Shown: positions 9,304 to 19,894, counted from the stretch's first letter. The stretch is DNA of 64,000 bases from Gemmatales bacterium (GCA_041640595.1 JBEPZY010000009.1:100263-164262); one strand, 5' to 3'. The notes: a model not told the origin generated them from the sequence alone. A program made the numbers and translations.

Positions 9304-10368
9304 ATGTTAGGAGCCAGCTTGCGAAGAACGGTCAGGGCAGTCTTACGAGGGTTGGTTGCCGTATTAATCGCGGTATTAATAACCGCGGCCATAGTTGTAG
9401 GCGTACATGGTGCGTTGCGTGCCGCTCAGGATAGGCGTGAATTACAGCCAGCCCTCGAATATATGGCCTCGGTGGTAGAAGCAGCGATCGGCTATACACC
9501 TAAAGACCGCGAAGGGATCACCGAGGCTTTTTTCACTCTTTACAGCAGAACGCACTGGCAGACTGGGGAAATAGGCAACAAAAACCATCCCGATGCACAG
9601 TTCCTTATGCGTCTGCCGGATAACGTCCAGCAAGTACCTCGGTCTTTTCTGGCAAGGTGGCGAACGAGGCCATTGTACGACTATATAGAGCAACACACGC
9701 TGGGATTATTGAACGCGGTGAGCGCACCAACCGACGTGTCTAATTTTCCGTTGGCTGATCGGATAAGGCTATGCAGCGAGCGATGTCGCTATCAGTTGTG
9801 GTGGGAGAAGGATGGCGCAAATAAACTTGACGTGTTGGGACTGGATTCACCCGCCCTGGATGCGAAACGGTTGCAGGCGTTTTATCAATTGTTTTGCAAG
9901 GATAGCAAACCTCCTGCGTGGCAGGTGGAAACAGCCAAGCTGATACTCGGCGACTTACGCCGCTGGCGAGTGGGGGGACTTAGCGATGCCGATTGCGAAC
10001 ATCGTCCATACTTAGTGTTCGCGTGTTACTTTCATCTGCTCTCCCACAAACATTTCAGGAATGACGAATTGAAGCTCGATTGCTATGCTTCGCATTTCGT
10101 ATTGCGCCTCCCGGATAAACCCATTTCTCTCCATGGCAAATTTGACTCTGAGAAAGAACTGGCCCAGGCATTCGAAAAGCTGCTCACTTCTATCTCGCAG
10201 CAGAAACCGGCACAGGATGTTAGAAACGTTTTGGAGCAAATTCGCAAGGAACTGGATTACGATGTTTGGCTCGCCAGGTTCAGGGTCCTGATAAAGACCT
10301 CCGATGAGGACAAGACGACCGTCCATCTGAAGAATTTCGTGGCTCGATTTTCGAGCGGGAAAAATTAG
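9304..10368 (+). CDS. Hypothetical membrane-anchored protein with two copies of domain X
   Basis: 354-aa ORF; N-terminal TM; AAGGAG RBS; F(L/V)(M/L)RLPD occurs twice. Confidence 0.8.
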   Translation: MLGASLRRTVRAVLRGLVAVLIAVLITAAIVVGVHGALRAAQDRRELQPALEYMASVVEAAIGYTPKDREGITEAFFTLYSRTHWQTGEIGNKNHPDAQFLMRLPDNVQQVPRSFLARWRTRPLYDYIEQHTLGLLNAVSAPTDVSNFPLADRIRLCSERCRYQLWWEKDGANKLDVLGLDSPALDAKRLQAFYQLFCKDSKPPAWQVETAKLILGDLRRWRVGGLSDADCEHRPYLVFACYFHLLSHKHFRNDELKLDCYASHFVLRLPDKPISLHGKFDSEKELAQAFEKLLTSISQQKPAQDVRNVLEQIRKELDYDVWLARFRVLIKTSDEDKTTVHLKNFVARFSSGKN

Positions 10369-10792
10369 TTCGGCACCTGAACCGTGTCCTGTCACGTTTG
10401 GCGTCCTGCGTGCGTTAAGGTGTTGGAAAACGAGGAGACACGCAGATAGCTGTAAGGTGCATGCGAAAACACCAGCACTTGCTTCCACTTGTGCATCACC
10501 ACGGGGCTAAGCAAACGGGCGAAGAAGAACAGGAGCAGCTAGTTGCGTGTTCGCGGCGGGGTTGGTCCCGGTAGGGGTTGGCGTTGCGTTGTGGCGGTTG
10601 AGGATCGTAGCGGAGCGGCGTTGGGCCGCTCGTTATCGTTTAAAAGTGCAGTCACGGATGAGGCGAGTTGATGGAATATTGCCTCCGAATGAGGTGCGGC
10701 GGACCGCTTACAGGACTCAGCCAGCATTTCAGTGACGTGTTGGTGGAATGCTGCCTCCGAATGAGGTGCGGTGGTGCGTACAATAGTGAGCT

Positions 10793-11467
10793 ATGCGAGC
10801 GGTGATCTTTTTTGACATAGACGGGACATTGCTGCGCAGTGGTGGGGCAGGTAAACTGGCGATGGAAACCGCTATATGCCAGACGTTCGGCGTACCGCCT
10901 GCCGGTGTTCGCATTCCCTATAGCGGGCGAACCGATCGTGCTATCATACGCGACTTGATGCAGGCTCACGGCGTACCTCTCACCGAGGAGAATTTCCAGC
11001 GTTTCGTGCAAACGTACTTGCAGCTGTTGCCGGACTGCCTCAGGCGAATGCAGGGACGAGTGCTGCCGGGTGTGCTCGAACTGCTCGATCGGCTGCAAGG
11101 TCAGGAAAATTGTGCGGTCGGTTTGCTCACGGGCAATCTGCGCTGTGGTGCACGAACCAAGCTGGGGCATTTTGGTCTAGCGGAGCGCTTCCCTTTTGGT
11201 GGATTTGGCGACCACCATTACGAACGGGATCGGGTGGCTCGAGACGCTCTGGCAGCTGCTCACGCTTACTTGAACGGTCAATACGACCCGAACCGCATCT
11301 GGGTGATTGGCGATACGCCGCTCGATATCCAATGCGCACGCAGCATCGGTGCGCGGGTTCTGGCTGTGGCGACCGGCACGCATTCGCTGGAAGAACTTGC
11401 CGCTCACCGCCCCGATTTACTCCTTCCTGATCTGAGCCAATATCAACTGTTTCTAGAGCACATTTGA
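10793..11467 (+). CDS. HAD-family hydrolase (phosphoglycolate phosphatase-like)
   Basis: FDIDGTL, LLTGN, IGDTPLD motifs. Confidence 0.93.
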   Translation: MRAVIFFDIDGTLLRSGGAGKLAMETAICQTFGVPPAGVRIPYSGRTDRAIIRDLMQAHGVPLTEENFQRFVQTYLQLLPDCLRRMQGRVLPGVLELLDRLQGQENCAVGLLTGNLRCGARTKLGHFGLAERFPFGGFGDHHYERDRVARDALAAAHAYLNGQYDPNRIWVIGDTPLDIQCARSIGARVLAVATGTHSLEELAAHRPDLLLPDLSQYQLFLEHI

Positions 11468-11471
11468 CCAG

Positions 11472-11500
11472 TTGACAAATATACACTATTCGCCTAGCAT
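11472..11500 (+). promoter_or_regulatory. Sigma70-type promoter
   Basis: TTGACA-17 bp-TAGCAT, followed by GGAGG RBS and ATG 11524. Confidence 0.7.
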
Positions 11501-11523
11501 AGTTACGAGAGCGGGAGGAAGTT

Positions 11524-12591
11524 ATGAACGCGCAACCAGCGGATAGCCGCCCAAAGCAAAGCCGCGAAACCAGGCGATGGCAACGCAGTTGCGGTCGCAC
11601 CTCAGGTCGGCGACACAAAGACGTTTGTCTGTCTCGTCCCCGCCGGCTGGAATGCTGGAAAATACCTGGCGTGGAAGCGTTGCCCCAGGCAGGGCGGATA
11701 CGTCGCAACGTGGTGCTCTCGTTGGCCAGTGGTCTGGACGTGGCGGAACTCGATTTGCTGAGTAGCAGTCCCCTGACTTCGGTATCCGCTCCCTGGCGAG
11801 GGCCATCAACAGAGCAAATGCCACTACGCTGGTTGGCTGAAACTTTACCGTACTGGCAAAACCGGGCAGGTCATTTGGCATCTCGCTTCCAGGCAGTGTT
11901 CTTGTCGCCGCGATTCGACCCGTTACCGCCCTGTATTGCGGTGCAGGAAGCCGTCGCTGCCTGGATAAACCTGTGTGCTCGGCTCGGTCTGGCTTGCTGG
12001 TTGCAGACCCGCGGCGTGATTTTGCCGGTTGTATGGCGGGCTTTGCGGGAACATGCGGGCTTTGTGCGGGTAACGATTGCCCTGAGCACGTTGGACGCGA
12101 CTTTGAGCCGAGTCTTAGAACCAGGAACAGCACCGCCGCTACTGCGGTTGCGGCAACTGAAAAGATTGCGCGAACTGGGCGTGCCGGTGCAGGTGACTCT
12201 CGCGCCACTGGTGCCAGGCGTGACCGATAGGGCGGAGAATTTGCAGCCGGTACTAGCGAGCCTGGCCGAGCTCGGTATTAGCCGCGCCACGACCGGCTTT
12301 TTGCTTTTGGATCCGCTGGCGGAGCTAGGTTCTCATGCTGGTGTCTGCCCGGCCGACTGGCTGAAGCCGCTGGAGGAGTTATACCTGGCAGGCAGTCTGC
12401 GTCGCTGGGGCGCCAGCCAGCTCGCCCGATGTTTACCCTACCGCGACCGGCAACGCCGATATGCAGTGATCATGGCACTGGCAGCACAGTTCGGCATGGA
12501 AGTCCGGCCCAACACGCTCTCCGATCCCGATTTCCGCAGTGGCTCGGCCGGTGGTGAGCAACTGGCGCTGGCCTGGTCAGCAAGCGAATAA
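11524..12591 (+). CDS. SplB/PA0069/Rv2578c-like radical SAM homologue lacking CxxxCxxC
   Basis: STLDATLSRVLEPGTAPPLLRLRQLKRLRELGVPVQVTLAPLVPGVTD is typical of the family; no Cys triad in the ORF. Confidence 0.75.
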   Translation: MNAQPADSRPKQSRETRRWQRSCGRTSGRRHKDVCLSRPRRLECWKIPGVEALPQAGRIRRNVVLSLASGLDVAELDLLSSSPLTSVSAPWRGPSTEQMPLRWLAETLPYWQNRAGHLASRFQAVFLSPRFDPLPPCIAVQEAVAAWINLCARLGLACWLQTRGVILPVVWRALREHAGFVRVTIALSTLDATLSRVLEPGTAPPLLRLRQLKRLRELGVPVQVTLAPLVPGVTDRAENLQPVLASLAELGISRATTGFLLLDPLAELGSHAGVCPADWLKPLEELYLAGSLRRWGASQLARCLPYRDRQRRYAVIMALAAQFGMEVRPNTLSDPDFRSGSAGGEQLALAWSASE

Positions 12592-12599
12592 GGTGCACC

Positions 12600-13259
12600 C
12601 TAACCGCGCGACCGCACCAGCATCAGATGGCGTGAGAAGCGTTCCTTCAGGTGGCGGTGGACTTTTTTGAGCAATTCCAGGTCGGATTCGGTGATCTCGC
12701 GCTGCTGGATAACCAGACCATGATGGCTGGCCAGCTCGTGAGCAGCGTCGAGCAGGCTTTCGATAGCTTTCAGCTTGCGATCCACAGCCTCGCCGCTGGT
12801 CTGGTCGCCCAGGTCCCAGAATTTACACGCCTCGGCAAAAGTCAAATCAAAAGTCTGGCCCGTAACGTACTTATCCACGGCGGAAGAATCGAGCAGGTGC
12901 AGGAGTAACTTCTGTTGCTCGCGGGAAAGGCGCTGACTGGCGGGTGGTTCCTCTTCGGGTTCCTGCCCTTCGAGAATGCGTTTAGCGATGCGCTGACCCT
13001 CTCGGGAGACGCTGTAGAGTTTCTGTCCGACCTTGGCCAGCCAGCCCCGTTTGGCCAGGCCACGTTCACCCATAATCGCGGACAATACCCGATTGGCATC
13101 CGGGTACTGGTCGGCGTAACCGCGCAGGCCAAACGCGTTGGGAAATTCTTTCCAGGCGGCCACAATCAGGTCTTCGGCACTGAACGGGGAGTGGCCCTGC
13201 TGTTCGAGCTTGTAAGCAGCCAGAAGAATCATTTCAGGCAGTGTCAGGTCGGTGCGATT
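12600..13259 (-). CDS. Hypothetical protein with probable N-terminal winged helix
   Basis: ILLAAYKL...FSAEDLIVAAW...GLAKRGWLAKVGQKLYSVSREG; start uncertain (frame open to 13319). Confidence 0.7.
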   Translation of the reverse strand, partial: NRTDLTLPEMILLAAYKLEQQGHSPFSAEDLIVAAWKEFPNAFGLRGYADQYPDANRVLSAIMGERGLAKRGWLAKVGQKLYSVSREGQRIAKRILEGQEPEEEPPASQRLSREQQKLLLHLLDSSAVDKYVTGQTFDLTFAEACKFWDLGDQTSGEAVDRKLKAIESLLDAAHELASHHGLVIQQREITESDLELLKKVHRHLKERFSRHLMLVRSRG

Positions 13260-13319
13260 GGGGACGGTGCGAATCAAGGCTGTACCCTTCCGATAGGGCT
13301 GCCTTCCCGGCAGCCGCAA

Positions 13320-13859
13320 TTAGCCCACCCAGAGTCCTTTTCTGGGTGCACGAACCTTCTGCGCTGGGTAAGCTCGACGTTGACCGGCACGGTAGGCCGG
13401 GAGAATTTCCAAGGTCTCTTCCGGAGCCAGACGGGCGACCTCCCGCTGCACTTCGCAGGCCAAACGACCAATAGGCACCAGAAACAACATCTGTCCGCCC
13501 GCCAGGGTGTCAATGACCTTGCGATTCTGGCAGGCCTCCGTGGGATCACTCGTCAACAGAAACACCGAGTTGCCGTCCGTCAGCAAATTCAGGTTGGCCA
13601 ACGGTTGCTCCAGCTGCGGATAAGTTTCCCGGAGAAAGCGAATGCATCGGCGAATCTTTTGCAGACTAATCCCTTCTCGGCGAAGCGTCACAGCCGTTTT
13701 GATTGCCAGGACATCGAGGAAGGAATAAATGCGACGGCTGCCACGTCCGTGAGCGCGAGCAATCGAGGGACGTACCAACTCCGTCCGATCCCAGTGGATG
13801 AGCTGTTTGACTGTTGCCCCGGTCAAACGGGCCACCGTGTCCACCATAAACCCGCCCAT
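13320..13859 (-). CDS. MerR-family HTH transcriptional regulator
   Basis: VARLTGATVKQLIHWDRTELVRPS...GSRRIYSFLD...GISLQKIR; GAGGG RBS before ATG 13859. Confidence 0.88.
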   Translation of the reverse strand: MGGFMVDTVARLTGATVKQLIHWDRTELVRPSIARAHGRGSRRIYSFLDVLAIKTAVTLRREGISLQKIRRCIRFLRETYPQLEQPLANLNLLTDGNSVFLLTSDPTEACQNRKVIDTLAGGQMLFLVPIGRLACEVQREVARLAPEETLEILPAYRAGQRRAYPAQKVRAPRKGLWVG

Positions 13860-13879
13860 GGTTCCCTCAATGGCTTTCA

Positions 13880-13922
13880 AATGACATCGGTGTCATTCTA
13901 AAGCCCCTCGGGCAATCGTCAA
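13880..13922 (-). promoter_or_regulatory. Promoter of the MerR gene with overlapping palindromic operator
   Basis: Minus strand TTGACG-16 bp-TAGAAT; palindrome AATGACA-TCGG-TGTCATT at 13880-13897. Confidence 0.6.
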
Positions 13923-14090
13923 GCTCAATGTACAGAATTCTCGATCGCTTGCCAGCCCCGTCGCCTGACTTTGCGGAAGGTGGAAGGTCGGGCGTTCCCG
14001 TGGTTTGCCTGGGCGGAAGCGAAACAGTAAGATGCACAAAAACGACCGCTGGAACAAAAAGCAAAAACGGCTGCAAGGATCGGAATAATC

Positions 14091-15206
14091 GTGGTTATGC
14101 TGAGGGAAGTGCTGCAAGCTGCCGTGCATGCTGTGACCGATGGTCAACCGGCAGTGCTATGCTCGGTGGTCGAGACGCGCGGCTCGACACCTCAAAAAGC
14201 CGGAGCCGCCATGCTGCTTTTTCCCGATGGCCGGCAAGTAGGAACATTGGGAGGCGGCTGTGTCGAAGCCGAGGTCAAGCAGCGGGCCTTTCGTTGCACC
14301 GACCCTCACCGACCACAACTCCTGACCTTTCACCTCGACCATGATTACGGCTGGGATGACGGTTTGATCTGCGGTGGGCGAATGACCATAGCCGTGCAGC
14401 CTCTGGTGTCGCAGGCATGCTCTGCGTCCGTCGGCGATTACTTTCAGCGCTGGCTCGAACATCTGGCGTCGGGGAAAGGCAGCGTCGAGGTGGTGGCTCT
14501 GTCAGCAGGGGAACACTGGTGCCCGGCAGCACGATGGTTGTTCGACGGGGAAAGGCGATTGGTTGCTTCGCTGCACGCGCAGACCGTACCGGAGGCGGTT
14601 CCGGCCCTGCTGGCTTCGATCCATGCACGACCGCGTCCCTTTAGCCGGGACGGATTCGCGATTCTACCGATCGCCCCACGAATCCGGTTGCTCATCGTAG
14701 GGGCAGGGCATGTGGGGCAGGCTGTTGCTCGTTACGCCGCGGAAGCCGACTTTGCCGTCTGGGTGCTGGATGACCGGGAAGCCTATGCCAACCGCCAGCG
14801 ATTTCCCCAGGCCGAGCGCATTCTGGTCGGGTCGCATGGAGAGATGTTACAACGGCTGCTCCAGCATGAGATCACGCCGCAAACCTATTGCGTGATCGTT
14901 ACGCGCGGCCACCATCACGACGAAGAAGCGCTGTATTATCTGGCGAACAGCCCGGCCGCGTATGTGGGTATGATCGGTAGCCGCCGCAAAATTCGGCTGA
15001 TTTTTGAGGATTTGCTGGCGCGAGGCGTTCCCAAAGAAGCGTTGCTTCGCGTCAAAGCACCGATTGGCATCCCCATTGGCTCGCAGACGGTGCCGGAGAT
15101 CGCCATTAGCATCGTGGCGGAATTAATCGCATTTCGCAATCTGGGCAGGGAAGCGGAAAGTTTGCGGAATTGCAAGCCGGTTCCGGTGATCGAGGATGGC
15201 CCATGA
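14091..15206 (+). CDS. xdhC: XdhC/CoxI-family xanthine dehydrogenase accessory protein
   Basis: GSTPQKAGA, GTLGGGCVE, ICGG, GAGHVG, YVGMIGSRRK, PEIAISIVAEL. Confidence 0.95.
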   Translation: MVMLREVLQAAVHAVTDGQPAVLCSVVETRGSTPQKAGAAMLLFPDGRQVGTLGGGCVEAEVKQRAFRCTDPHRPQLLTFHLDHDYGWDDGLICGGRMTIAVQPLVSQACSASVGDYFQRWLEHLASGKGSVEVVALSAGEHWCPAARWLFDGERRLVASLHAQTVPEAVPALLASIHARPRPFSRDGFAILPIAPRIRLLIVGAGHVGQAVARYAAEADFAVWVLDDREAYANRQRFPQAERILVGSHGEMLQRLLQHEITPQTYCVIVTRGHHHDEEALYYLANSPAAYVGMIGSRRKIRLIFEDLLARGVPKEALLRVKAPIGIPIGSQTVPEIAISIVAELIAFRNLGREAESLRNCKPVPVIEDGP

Positions 15207-15805
15207 TCGCTGCCATTGTCCCGGCAGCTGGCAAAAGCACGCGATTCGGGCGAAATAAACTGGCACTGTCAATCGGCGGTCGCACGGTGCTGGAGCGTGT
15301 TACCGATGCGCTTCGGACTGGTGGTGCATCGCCGGTGCTTATGGTCCTTTCCCCTGAAAACGCCCCGCTGGCGGATCTCGTGTCGCGTGCGGAAGGCCTG
15401 CCGCTGGTGCTGGACGAACCTACTCCGGATATGCGTGCAACGATTGAAGCGGGTCTGGCCTGGTTAGCCGACCAGTTCCCAGGAGCACTGCGCGGCTGGC
15501 TGGTATGCCCTGCCGACCATCCAGCCGTTCATCCGAGCGTTGTTCGGGCGCTGATCTCAGCCTTTCATGCGGGTCCAGCCGATGCCGTGTACGTGCCGAC
15601 TTATAACGGTCAACGCGGCCATCCGGTATTGTTGGGCTGGCAGCATGCCGAACGATTCCGTCGGTTTCAGGAATCGGCCGGCCTCAACGTGTATGTGCGC
15701 CAGCAGATTGTCGTGGAAGTACCAGTAAACTGGCCCGGCATTCTCTGGGACCTGGATACGGTCGAAGACCTGGCCCGGTTCCAGACTTTCCCCGGTTCGA
15801 TGTGA
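15203..15805 (+). CDS. mocA: Molybdenum cofactor cytidylyltransferase-like nucleotidyltransferase
   Basis: AAGKSTRFGRNK, PADHP, RGHPVL, DLDTVED; ATGA overlap with xdhC. Confidence 0.88.
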   Translation: MIAAIVPAAGKSTRFGRNKLALSIGGRTVLERVTDALRTGGASPVLMVLSPENAPLADLVSRAEGLPLVLDEPTPDMRATIEAGLAWLADQFPGALRGWLVCPADHPAVHPSVVRALISAFHAGPADAVYVPTYNGQRGHPVLLGWQHAERFRRFQESAGLNVYVRQQIVVEVPVNWPGILWDLDTVEDLARFQTFPGSM

Positions 15806-16546
15806 GAAATGGCCAGACCGTAGAACTGTGGAGTGACCGGGCCGTTTGGTTGGCGCCGACCATGACCGGCAGGGCGCAGGCGGAGCGACACCGTTTCGAG
15901 CGCTGCAAAGCAAAACAGCATTGCCGCAAAACGCTACAGAGGCCCAGGCGATTACCGGGATAAGTTCCTGCCGAGCCGGTCTCTTGGATTTTTCACAGTC
16001 GCAAGTTGTTACCGCAGCGGGCAATACGGCGCATGTTCGGTGGTGATGGTTCTGGCACCGTCCTTGCTGCTGACTTAGGAATGGTGGGGCTTGCAGGCGA
16101 GTCGTAAGTCCCACGGAGAGGCCCAACTCTCCCGACCCTCCCCACACCTTCTGGGCGCGAGGCGAAACCGCAAGCGAGTCCCGGTGCACAGCCTCGCGCC
16201 CAATCTTTTTGCCCGACCGCTCTGCCAGATCGGTCGCACCAGTTAGGCGAATTCACGGTTATGGGCTATCGAAGAAAGGTGCGCACCCTCGAATGAGCCT
16301 GGCTCGGTGAAAAGGAATGGTAATTCGAGGAACGATCGTCCTGGCTACCCGCGGAGAAGTGGTGTTCCTCGCTCGTGAGTCTGATGGAGCGTTTGCCCGG
16401 TTGCGAATCGCTTTCGGGTTTCGGGACGGAAAAGCCCGTTTATTGGCTGCCCCGGTGCATCAACTTTTCGGGCGGCATGGCCGTAATTTCAGGCGTTGCC
16501 AGTTCGCCAGAGGTGTGCTCTGCGGGGAATAAGTCTGCCCTGGTCG

Positions 16547-19500
16547 TCACCGTCGCGACTGCCGAACCGTGGCCAGGCGTTGATAGGCGGGAAAGCGATC
16601 CTGGATCGCACACACCTGGATTTGCCGCTGTCGCAAAGCTCGACAAGCCTGAACAGCAGCTTCGGCTGCCGGCAAGGTCGTGATGCAGGTGACCCCTAAT
16701 TGCACGGCTGTCGAACGGATTTTTCCTTCGTCGGTGTGATAACCGCGACCGCTGGGGGTGTTGATGATCAAAGCGACTTCGCCATTGCGCATGAGGTCGA
16801 GGAGATTCGGCCGACCTTCCTGAATCTTGGGAATGATATCCACCGGTATTCCGGCAGCTTTCAGATGTTGACCGGTGCCCCGTGTCGAGATAATGCGATA
16901 GCCGAGAGCGGCAAACTCCCGGGCAATCGGTACAATCCGCTGCTTGTCGCGATCGTTGACGGAAACGAAAATGGTTCCGGCAAGGGGCAAGGGTGTACCG
17001 GCAGCCAGCATACTTTTGGCAAACGCCATGGGGAAATCATCGTCTATACCCATGACTTCGCCGGTGGACCGCATTTCCGGCCCCAGGACAATGTCCACTC
17101 CTGGGAACTTATTGAACGGCAACACGCTTTCCTTGCAAGAAAAATGTCGGGGCGTGGGCGGTTCTTCGACTCCAAGTTCGTCCAGTGTGTAGCCGACCAT
17201 CACCAGTGCGGCATAACGAGCCAGCGGGAGTCCCACTGCTTTGGACACAAACGGCACAGTGCGACTGGCCCGCGGATTGACCTCCAGAACGTAAATTTGC
17301 GGTTCGCCTCGCCCATCCAATCCCGTAATTGCAAACTGGACGTTCATCAGGCCGCAAACCTTCAGTTCCCGCGCCAGCGCACGGGTCTGCTCGCGGATAG
17401 CTTCGACGACTGGCTCCGGCAAACTGTAAGGCGGAATCACGCAGGCCGAATCGCCAGAATGCACGCCGGCCTGCTCAATGTGCTGCATCACACCGCCAAT
17501 GATCGTTCGCCGCCCATCGCACAGCGCATCTACATCCACCTCGACGGCATCTTCCAGGAACTTGTCAATCAGCACGGGTTTGCCAGGCGACACCTCCAGG
17601 GCACGGGTTACGTAGCGAACCAGCGCTGGCTCGTCATAGACGATTTCCATGGCCCGACCACCGAGTACGTAACTGGGCCGCAATAGCAGCGGATAACCAA
17701 GCCGCCGGGCCACCCGCAAGGCCTGCGGTAAGTCGTAGGCCACGCCGCTTTCCGGTTGTCGCAATCCCAACCGTTCCACCAGAGCACTGAAGCGTTCGCG
17801 ATCCTCGGCCAGATCAATGGAGTCCACGCTGGTGCCAATAATCGGCAACCCGGCGGCTTCCAGCGCTTTGGCCAGATTCAACGGCGTTTGTCCGCCGAAT
17901 TGTACAATCACGCCATCAGGACGCACCTTTTGGCAAACGGCAAGGACATCCTCGACCGTGAGCGGCTCGAAGAACAGCAGATCGCTGGTGTCATAATCGG
18001 TGGAAACGGTCTCCGGGTTGGAGTTGATCATCACCGTCTCAAAACCGGCCTCGCGCAAGGCAAAGCAGGCCTGCACGCAACAATAGTCGAATTCGATGCC
18101 CTGGCCAATACGGTTCGGCCCGCCGCCGAGGATGACTATGCGTTTGCTGTGACCCTTGGGACGCACCTCATCTTCGCAGACGAGTTCTACACGAGCCTGA
18201 CCATTCGTCGAAGGCTCCACCAGAGCTGCGGCCGGTCGTTCATAGGTGGAGTAATAGTAAGGCGTGTAGGCTTCAAACTCCCCCGCGCAGGTATCCACGC
18301 ATTTATAGACCGGTTCTATTCCCAGGCTGATGCGGTGGCGGCGAATTTCGGATTCGCTTACACCCCAGATGTGGGCCAGCTGATGGTCGCTGAAACCATA
18401 TTGTTTCGCCTGGCGCAGAAGTTCGGCATGAACTTCACGGTAGTCGCTGTAGCTTCGCAATCGCTTTTCCAGTTCGACAATTTCCTCGATTTGCCGTAAG
18501 AACCAGGGGTCTATATGGGTTCGCTCCGCGATATCCTCCACCGCCATGCCAGCCAGCAGGGCGTAGCGGATGTAGCGGATTCGTTCGGCGTTGGGAGTGA
18601 TGAGTTTGCGGCTGATTTCTTCGAGGGAGGGCTGTTGCGGGGTTCCCCATAAATCGTGGCGGTCGCAACCGAGGCCAAACCAGCCAGTTTCCAGACCGCG
18701 AAGAGCCTTTTGCAGGGATTCCTTGAAATTTCGGCCAATGGCCATGGTTTCGCCGACCGACTTCATCTGGGTAGTCAAAGTGGGGTCGGCTTCCGGGAAT
18801 TTTTCAAAAGCCCAGCGCGGAATTTTGGTCACCACGTAGTCAATGGTCGGCTCAAAGCAGGCCGGCGTCTCTCGGGTAATATCGTTACGGAGTTCATCCA
18901 GGCGATAACCCACCGCCAGTTTCGCGGCAATTTTGGCAATCGGGAACCCCGTCGCTTTGGAGGCCAGTGCACTGGAACGACTCACCCGCGGATTCATCTC
19001 GATAACCACCATGCGGCCGGTCTTTGGGTCCACGGCAAACTGGATATTGGAACCTCCCGTCTCCACACCGATTTCCCGAATGACGCGGATGGCAGCGTCG
19101 CGCATCCGCTGGTATTCCTTATCGGTGAGGGTTTGGGCAGGGGCAACGGTGATGCTATCGCCCGTGTGCACGCCCATGGGATCGACATTCTCAATGGAAC
19201 AGATAATAACAACGTTGTCGGCGTTGTCCCGCATCACCTCCAGCTCAAACTCCTTCCAACCCAGTACCGATTCTTCAATCAGGACACTATGAACCGGACT
19301 CATTTCCAGGCCGCGGGTTGCCAACTCCGTGAATTCCTGGCGGTTGTAAGCGATGCCGCCTCCGGTGCCGCCCAGGGTGAAACTGGGCCGTAACACACAC
19401 GGCAAGCCCACGTAATCGCGCAGTGCCAGCGCTTCTTCCAAGCTGCGTGCCAGACCGCTTTTGGGAACCTCCAGGCCGATTCGCAGCATCGCCTCTTTGA

Positions 19501-19894
19501 AAAGCAGCCGATCCTCGGCTTTGCGGATGGCCTCCGGCTTGGCACCGATCATCTCAACGCCGAACCGTTCCAGGATGCCGCGTTCATGAAGGGCGATAGC
19601 GGTGTTCAGCCCTGTCTGACCGCCGAGCGTTGGCAACAACGCATCTGGCCGTTCCCGTTCGATGATGCGAGCCACTACTTCCCAGGTAATCGGCTCGATA
19701 TACGTGCGATCAGCCATTTCCGGATCGGTCATGATGGTGGCGGGATTGGAATTGACCAGCACCACCTCATAACCTTCCTCCCGCAGGGCTTTGCACGCCT
19801 GGGTACCGCTGTAATCAAACTCACACGCCTGGCCGATAATGATCGGCCCCGAGCCGATGATCAGAATTTTGTGGATATCCGTTCGTTTGGGCAT
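16547..19894 (-). CDS. carB: Carbamoyl-phosphate synthase large subunit
   Basis: [30 protein letters not shown]; two ATP-grasp halves; MGS-like tail. Confidence 0.99.
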   Translation of the reverse strand: MPKRTDIHKILIIGSGPIIIGQACEFDYSGTQACKALREEGYEVVLVNSNPATIMTDPEMADRTYIEPITWEVVARIIERERPDALLPTLGGQTGLNTAIALHERGILERFGVEMIGAKPEAIRKAEDRLLFKEAMLRIGLEVPKSGLARSLEEALALRDYVGLPCVLRPSFTLGGTGGGIAYNRQEFTELATRGLEMSPVHSVLIEESVLGWKEFELEVMRDNADNVVIICSIENVDPMGVHTGDSITVAPAQTLTDKEYQRMRDAAIRVIREIGVETGGSNIQFAVDPKTGRMVVIEMNPRVSRSSALASKATGFPIAKIAAKLAVGYRLDELRNDITRETPACFEPTIDYVVTKIPRWAFEKFPEADPTLTTQMKSVGETMAIGRNFKESLQKALRGLETGWFGLGCDRHDLWGTPQQPSLEEISRKLITPNAERIRYIRYALLAGMAVEDIAERTHIDPWFLRQIEEIVELEKRLRSYSDYREVHAELLRQAKQYGFSDHQLAHIWGVSESEIRRHRISLGIEPVYKCVDTCAGEFEAYTPYYYSTYERPAAALVEPSTNGQARVELVCEDEVRPKGHSKRIVILGGGPNRIGQGIEFDYCCVQACFALREAGFETVMINSNPETVSTDYDTSDLLFFEPLTVEDVLAVCQKVRPDGVIVQFGGQTPLNLAKALEAAGLPIIGTSVDSIDLAEDRERFSALVERLGLRQPESGVAYDLPQALRVARRLGYPLLLRPSYVLGGRAMEIVYDEPALVRYVTRALEVSPGKPVLIDKFLEDAVEVDVDALCDGRRTIIGGVMQHIEQAGVHSGDSACVIPPYSLPEPVVEAIREQTRALARELKVCGLMNVQFAITGLDGRGEPQIYVLEVNPRASRTVPFVSKAVGLPLARYAALVMVGYTLDELGVEEPPTPRHFSCKESVLPFNKFPGVDIVLGPEMRSTGEVMGIDDDFPMAFAKSMLAAGTPLPLAGTIFVSVNDRDKQRIVPIAREFAALGYRIISTRGTGQHLKAAGIPVDIIPKIQEGRPNLLDLMRNGEVALIINTPSGRGYHTDEGKIRSTAVQLGVTCITTLPAAEAAVQACRALRQRQIQVCAIQDRFPAYQRLATVRQSRR

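Noticed and set aside
10369..10792. attR duplicate of the tmRNA or tRNA 3' end
   Set aside because: No match to GGTTCGATTCCCGCCGCCTCCA or to the tRNA-Ile 3' end seen by eye
12915..13901. 328-aa plus-strand ORF
   Set aside because: Antisense to the MerR and winged-helix genes
13923..14090. Moco riboswitch upstream of xdhC
   Set aside because: Conserved motif elements not recognisable; an Rfam search would be needed
15806..16546. Gene or ncRNA in the gap between mocA and carB
   Set aside because: Only short motif-less ORFs; no structure I could support
16700..19393. Long plus-strand ORFs
   Set aside because: Antisense shadows of carB
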